A DNA stretch of 64,000 nt. Source: Raja brachyura. Its lineage: Eukaryota. Each line of letters starts with the position of its first letter. Position 1 is the first letter of the stretch. A program made the translations under genes and the position numbers. The stretch is taken from NCBI GenBank assembly GCA_963514005.1, contig OY740814.1, forward strand, positions 14,198,001 to 14,262,000, read 5' to 3'. Below the pieces are notes generated by a model, which had not been told where the DNA came from, did not search any database, and saw only the letters and a program-made list of their open reading frames with translations. Shown here piece by piece: positions 60,901 to 64,000 of the stretch.

Positions 60901-63678
60901 TGGGAAATTTTCCTTCCATGCCTTACTTATTCAACTGTCTTTCGAAATGCCCTTAAAATGTGGTGATTGTATCTGACCTCTACTGGCAGCAAGTTCCTGA
61001 TGCCAGCCACTGATTGATCTTCAAGACGCTAGTCATTATTTGCCAGCCTGTCAGAATTCATGAAGTAGAGCAGATTTCCGAGTGCACTTATTAACTGGTG
61101 ATTTATCTGATTATATTTGCACAGGTCCATTGTATTCTGCAGGAAGTTGTAATGGGAGGAATGGTGTTGGAGACCAACATGAATGAGATTGTGTCTCAGG
61201 TCGAGGCACAAACTAAACTGGAAAAAGCAGAGGTAAGAAGTCGTCATTGTGCAAGTATTTTATGCGAGCGTGTGGGAGTTCAATGTTCACTCTATTGCAA
61301 GAGCAGTGGTTAGAAGGCATATTGTGGAAAACTAGATGGTATAGTGGTAGTAGCGACGTACAGGTTTGTAGGTTAATTGGCTTGGTATAAATGAAAATTG
61401 TTCCTAATGTTAATGTGCGGGGATCGCTGGTCGGTGCGGACTCGGTGGGCCGAAGGGCCTGTTTCCACGCGGCATCTCTAAACTAAACTAGAGGTTTTGA
61501 AAGAGTTGCCATGTGATGTTGCCTCCCTTGCTACCATACATCATCTACAGAATTGTTTCTTCTTTCCTCTGTCGAAAGTTGTATGCTAGGCTGGCATATG
61601 TTGCTTACCTCGAAACTGCTGGGCTTGACTGAGAAGGCATTTTAGAGGCATAGATGTTACATTTAAGAAGATGCAGAAAGTCTTCCTAAAGCCAAGGAAG
61701 AAAACTTATTTTACAGCAATTGGTTAGTTTGTGGTCACCTTTACTTTGACAGGCCATTTATTTCACATTCCTCAATTCGATCTTTACCTTCACCACTCTG
61801 CCACCACTAAGTGGTGGCAGAGTGGTGAAAACGGGGAACTACAGACCAGTTAGCCTGACTTCGGTGATGGGAAAGATGCTGGAGTCAAGTATTAAAGAGG
61901 TAATAATGGAGCATTTGGATAGCAGTAAAAGGATTAGTCCAAGTCAACGTGGATTTATGAAAGGGAAATCATGCTTGACTAATCTTCTGGAATTTTTTGA
62001 GGATGTGACAAGTAAAATGGATGAAGGGGGAGCCAGTGGATGTAGTGTATCTAGACTTTCAGAAAGCCTTTGATAAGGTCTCGCACGGGAGACTGGCGAC
62101 TAAAATTAGAGCACATGGTATTGGGGGTAGGGTGTTGACATGGATAGAAAATTGGTTGGCAAAGAGTAGGAGTGAACGGGTCCTTTTCAGAATGGCAGGC
62201 AGTGGCGAGTGGAGTGCCGCAAGGCTCGGTGTTGGGGCCGCAACTGTTTACTATATATATTAATGATTTGGAAGAGGGAATTAAGAGCAACACTAGCACG
62301 TTTGCGGATGACACAAAGCTGGGTGGCAGTGTGAACTGTGAAGAGGATGTTAGGAGGTTGCAGGGGGATCTGGACGGGTTGAGTGAGTGGGCAGATACGT
62401 GGCAGATGCAGATAAATATGAGGTTATCCACTTTGGTTATCCACAACCAACCAAGGGGGCAGATTATTACCTCAATGGGGTTAGGTTAGGTAAGGGGGAT
62501 GTACAGCGAGACCTGGGAGTCCTTATACACCAGTCACTGAAAGATGGCATGCAGGTACAGCAGGCAGTGAAGAAAGCTAATGGAATGTTGGCCTTCATAC
62601 CAAGAGGATTTCAGTACAGGAGTAAAGAGGTTCTTCTGCAGTTGTATGGGGCTCTGGTGAGACCACATCTGGAGTATTGTGTACAGTTTTGGTCTCCTAA
62701 TTTGAGGAAGGACATCCTTGTGATTGAGGCAGTGCAGCGTAGGTTCACGAGATTGATCCCTGGGATGGCGGGACTGTCATATGAGGAAAGATTGAAATGA
62801 CTAGGCTTCTATTCTTTGGAGTTTAGAAGGATGAGGGGGGATCTTATAGAAACATATAAAATTATAAAAGGACTGGACAAGCTAGATGCAGGAAAAATGA
62901 TCCCAATGTTGGGTGAGTCCAGAACCAGGGGCCACAGTCTTAGAATAAAGATGAGGTCATTTAAGACTGAGCTGAGAAAAAAACTTTTTTACCCAGAGAG
63001 TTGTGAATTTATGGAATTCCCTGTCACAGAGGGCAGTGGAGGCCAAGTCACTGGATGGATTTAAGAGAGAGTTAGATAGAGATCTAGGGGCTAGTGGAGT
63101 CAAGGGATATGGGGAGAAGGCAGGCACGGGTTATTGATAGCGGACGATCAGCCATGATCACAACGAATGGCGGTGCTGGCTCGAAGGGCCGAATGGGCTC
63201 CTCCTGCACCTATTCTATGTTTCTATGGCCACTGTCTCAAAATAAGTGGTGGGCCATTCATCAAATGCTAACCGAACTGCTGAGAGTTTTACATTTTTAT
63301 GCAAAACTAAATTGTAAATCTAAGTACATATTTAACGTTACAGTACATCCTCCTCGCCTCTCTTCACCCTCCCACTGACCTATCTCTTTCTCTCTACCCT
63401 CTCCTAGTTTTCTTCCTCAAGTTTTTTGTGGAAAAACCTCACATTTGCTTTGAGCAATGTCCTTTTGAACAAGCTTATAAAGTGATTAAGTTCTTTGCAA
63501 CTGCGGTATTCTGGATATTTTGGTGTTTGTCCATGTGACATTAGTGACTAATCTTTCTTTGCCGTTCTAGGCTGGGTTCTCTGCAGCTCCGGCCCGTGCA
63601 GTCTCTGCTGTCAAGAACATCAATCTCCCAGAGATCCCACGCAACATCAAAGTTTCCAATCTATCCCCATTTGTATAA
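35094..63678 (+). CDS. AP3S2: AP-3 complex subunit sigma-2; spliced CDS, 186 aa
   Basis: join(35094..35162, 38044..38135, 41280..41391, 48997..49068, 61125..61232, 63571..63678) gives MIKAILVFNNHGKPRL...QQQIIRETF...CNFLEGG..IGGSDYKLIYRHYATLYF...VFVETLDKCFENVCELDLIFHMDKVH.ILQEVVMGGMVLETNMNEIV...AAPARAVSAVKNINLPEIPRNI. Residues ILVF, HMDK and LQEVV and the position next to ARPIN favour AP3S2 over AP3S1. Confidence 0.95.
35250..35950 (-). mobile_element. Degenerate CR1 LINE fragment
   Basis: Reverse-strand CR1 RT/3' motifs (VYKLMRG.DK.D...LFP). Confidence 0.65.
36183..36332 (+). repeat. 150-bp direct repeat, copy A (copy B at 37281..37430)
   Basis: Identical by eye: ttatcttattatacactacc...cgtatttttatttta. 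Confidence 0.92.
37281..37430 (+). repeat. 150-bp direct repeat, copy B
   Basis: Identical to 36183..36332. Confidence 0.92.
38044..38135 (+). CDS. AP3S2: AP3S2 exon 2
   Basis: cag|SEDMQQQIIRETFQLVSRRDENVCNFLEGG-AG|gtaggt. Confidence 0.95.
38470..39365. mobile_element. Cluster of CR1 3' fragments in both orientations
   Basis: WNKLP.EVVEA.TITTFKRHLDKYM on the plus strand and YKS...PHLKYCIHF..PSYR.DVI.LERV on the minus strand. Confidence 0.75.
41280..41391 (+). CDS. AP3S2: AP3S2 exon 3
   Basis: cag|T-LIGGSDYKLIYRHYATLYFLFCVDSSESELGILDLIQ|gttggt. Confidence 0.95.
41903..42700 (-). mobile_element. Unclassified GC-rich non-LTR retroposon fragment
   Basis: (ATTGT)n tail preceded by AATAAA on the minus strand near 41905-41925; CpG-rich body unlike its flanks. 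Confidence 0.45.
45420..46370 (-). mobile_element. CR1 LINE RT/3' fragment
   Basis: WAEKWQMEFNADK.KVMH..., LERV.KRFTRMLPGLE...KLGLFSLE. Confidence 0.8.
48997..49068 (+). CDS. AP3S2: AP3S2 exon 4
   Basis: cag|VFVETLDKCFENVCELDLIFHMDK|gtaagt. Confidence 0.95.
50750..50830 (+). mobile_element. tRNA-derived SINE fragment (HE1/V-SINE-like)
   Basis: B-box GGTTCGATCC followed by gtgctgtctgtgtggagtttgcatgttctccc. Related fragments lie at ~2995-3110 (-), 25870-26010 (-), 51270-51460 and 61360-61490. Confidence 0.6.
51943..51992. repeat. (AC)n microsatellite
   Basis: About 25 AC units. Confidence 0.95.
52262..52606. mobile_element. Partial non-autonomous DNA transposon (PIF/Harbinger-like end)
   Basis: End sequence ...AGTCGCCTAAGTGGTGACAGGCCC resembles GGGCCTGTCCCACTT-type terminal inverted repeats; the other end was not found. 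Confidence 0.4.
53349..54185 (-). pseudogene. DIRS tyrosine recombinase, prematurely terminated
   Basis: SAM-like N-terminal part (RKST..QY...W, GLSYSAIN..RSALS), ALVSAQR, HSTRAAST then a stop before the catalytic Tyr region. Confidence 0.88.
54308..55790 (-). pseudogene. DIRS pol (RT, RNase H, Dam-like methyltransferase), frameshifted
   Basis: RIIIDL..LN, LKDAYYSVPI, LPNGLSSAPRLFTK, YLND (catalytic YLDD altered), TDASAKGWG, INYLEM, IDNTTVVAYIN, DLFAS...AFPPF; frameshift near 55270. Confidence 0.9.
55736..56875 (-). CDS. DIRS gag-like ORF (379 aa)
   Basis: KY..PENC..L.VP.VN..IW, R...IKP.LN..F..LC, LLFGDNL.KQVKD motifs typical of DIRS1 ORF1. Confidence 0.7.
   Translation of the reverse strand: MESSQQHAVSPELQVQPAAPDFSPIQTAGAPWSGGKTTQKSDRTVDSTGCGPEDTPFADSDGGSLSRMEWLVEQLLQHDLLRQGQSHGGSPRRSFQGLPNVSPSSQGSIRGQSWADPEDGAMAEQSTVLGVPEELLGMVDKHAVPTQKGLPIHPKLAASINYMATNQLQEQAINTTAEKYLAPENCISLKVPAVNNPIWGNMSPSIKSQEVKLQRILKLLAAAITAVTRTADGVDLPEELQDALALLCNTQFEINSYRKSIIKPALNPKFAGLCRTSSTQPPNLLFGDNLPKQVKDLDEEAKAIGLIKVPNTSKTHYQQRQHPYTSTRQRNNGRTSGGESSKAGPPAQRSFLDHGPARPSWKMRQPHNAATQPYHYRFD
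57209..57490 (+). repeat. 282-bp inverted repeat, arm 1
   Basis: Reverse complement of 58184..58465 with ~3 mismatches. Confidence 0.93.
58184..58465 (-). repeat. 282-bp inverted repeat, arm 2
   Basis: Reverse complement of 57209..57490; 693-bp spacer. Confidence 0.93.
59040..59167 (-). mobile_element. Penelope pseudo-LTR fragment with minimal hammerhead-ribozyme core
   Basis: The minus strand reads GGT-CTGAAGA-A-GGGTC-TC-GACCC-GAAAC-GTC-GCC (59167..59134). Confidence 0.7.
61125..61232 (+). CDS. AP3S2: AP3S2 exon 5
   Basis: cag|VHCILQEVVMGGMVLETNMNEIVSQVEAQTKLEKAE|gtaaga. Confidence 0.95.
61822..63226 (+). mobile_element. CR1 LINE, 5'-truncated (RT with frameshifts and 3' UTR)
   Basis: GNYRPVSLTS, KGKSCLTNLLEFFE, VDVVYLDFQKAFDKV, GVPQGSVLGP.LF.IYINDL, FADDTKL, VRPHLEYCVQFWSP; tail tattctatgtttctat. 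Confidence 0.93.
63571..63678 (+). CDS. AP3S2: AP3S2 exon 6 (last)
   Basis: tag|AGFSAAPARAVSAVKNINLPEIPRNIKVSNLSPFV*. Confidence 0.94.
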   Translation, partial: AGFSAAPARAVSAVKNINLPEIPRNIKVSNLSPFV

Positions 63679-64000
63679 AAGGACATTTTGAATTGTTATC
63701 TTTTCATTCACTGCACTCCCCAGATACAACATGACCAGCACTTCATTACATCACTAGAAGATTTGATTGTGTTTGGTTCAGAATCCTCATCCTTTAACAG
63801 ATCCAAAATTAGAGGTACAGAAGTGACCTGTTTGTGTTGAGCACATGTATCAGATCAGTAGTATTGCATGTGGTATATTTCTGAAAATGCTGGAGATACT
63901 CGGCAGGTCAGGCAGGATCCATGGAGAGAGAAGCAGAATTAGGTTTTAGGTTGATGACCTGTCATTGTCTCACCTAAACAACCTTGGTCTCTCCACTGTC

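Overview
This is vertebrate genomic DNA. Its repeat content (CR1, Penelope-like, Rex1/Babar, DIRS, tRNA-SINEs) suggests a cartilaginous fish such as a skate or ray; that assignment is an inference. Four spliced genes were reconstructed by eye with phase-consistent splice sites: C15orf48/NMES1 (-, 4 coding exons, 85 aa), SPATA5L1/AFG2B (-, 8 exons, 758 aa), ARPIN (+, 6 exons, 229 aa) and AP3S2 (+, 6 exons, 186 aa). SPATA5L1 and ARPIN are head-to-head with only 66 nt between start codons. The introns hold a defective but structurally complete DIRS1-type element, two solo LTRs with target-site duplications (TSDs), and Penelope-like, CR1 and Rex1 fragments. The most notable signal is a ~140-bp SINE-like retroposon present in two copies with TSDs, whose first 53 nt fold into a minimal HDV/CPEB3-like self-cleaving ribozyme. 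Other notable points: Walker B E>Q and sensor-1 N>D changes in the first AAA domain of SPATA5L1, an apparently decayed miR-147 hairpin, a 21-bp-phased GC-box array, and a ~99% identical 282-bp inverted duplication. Comparisons with human proteins and known RNAs are from memory; no database searches were run.
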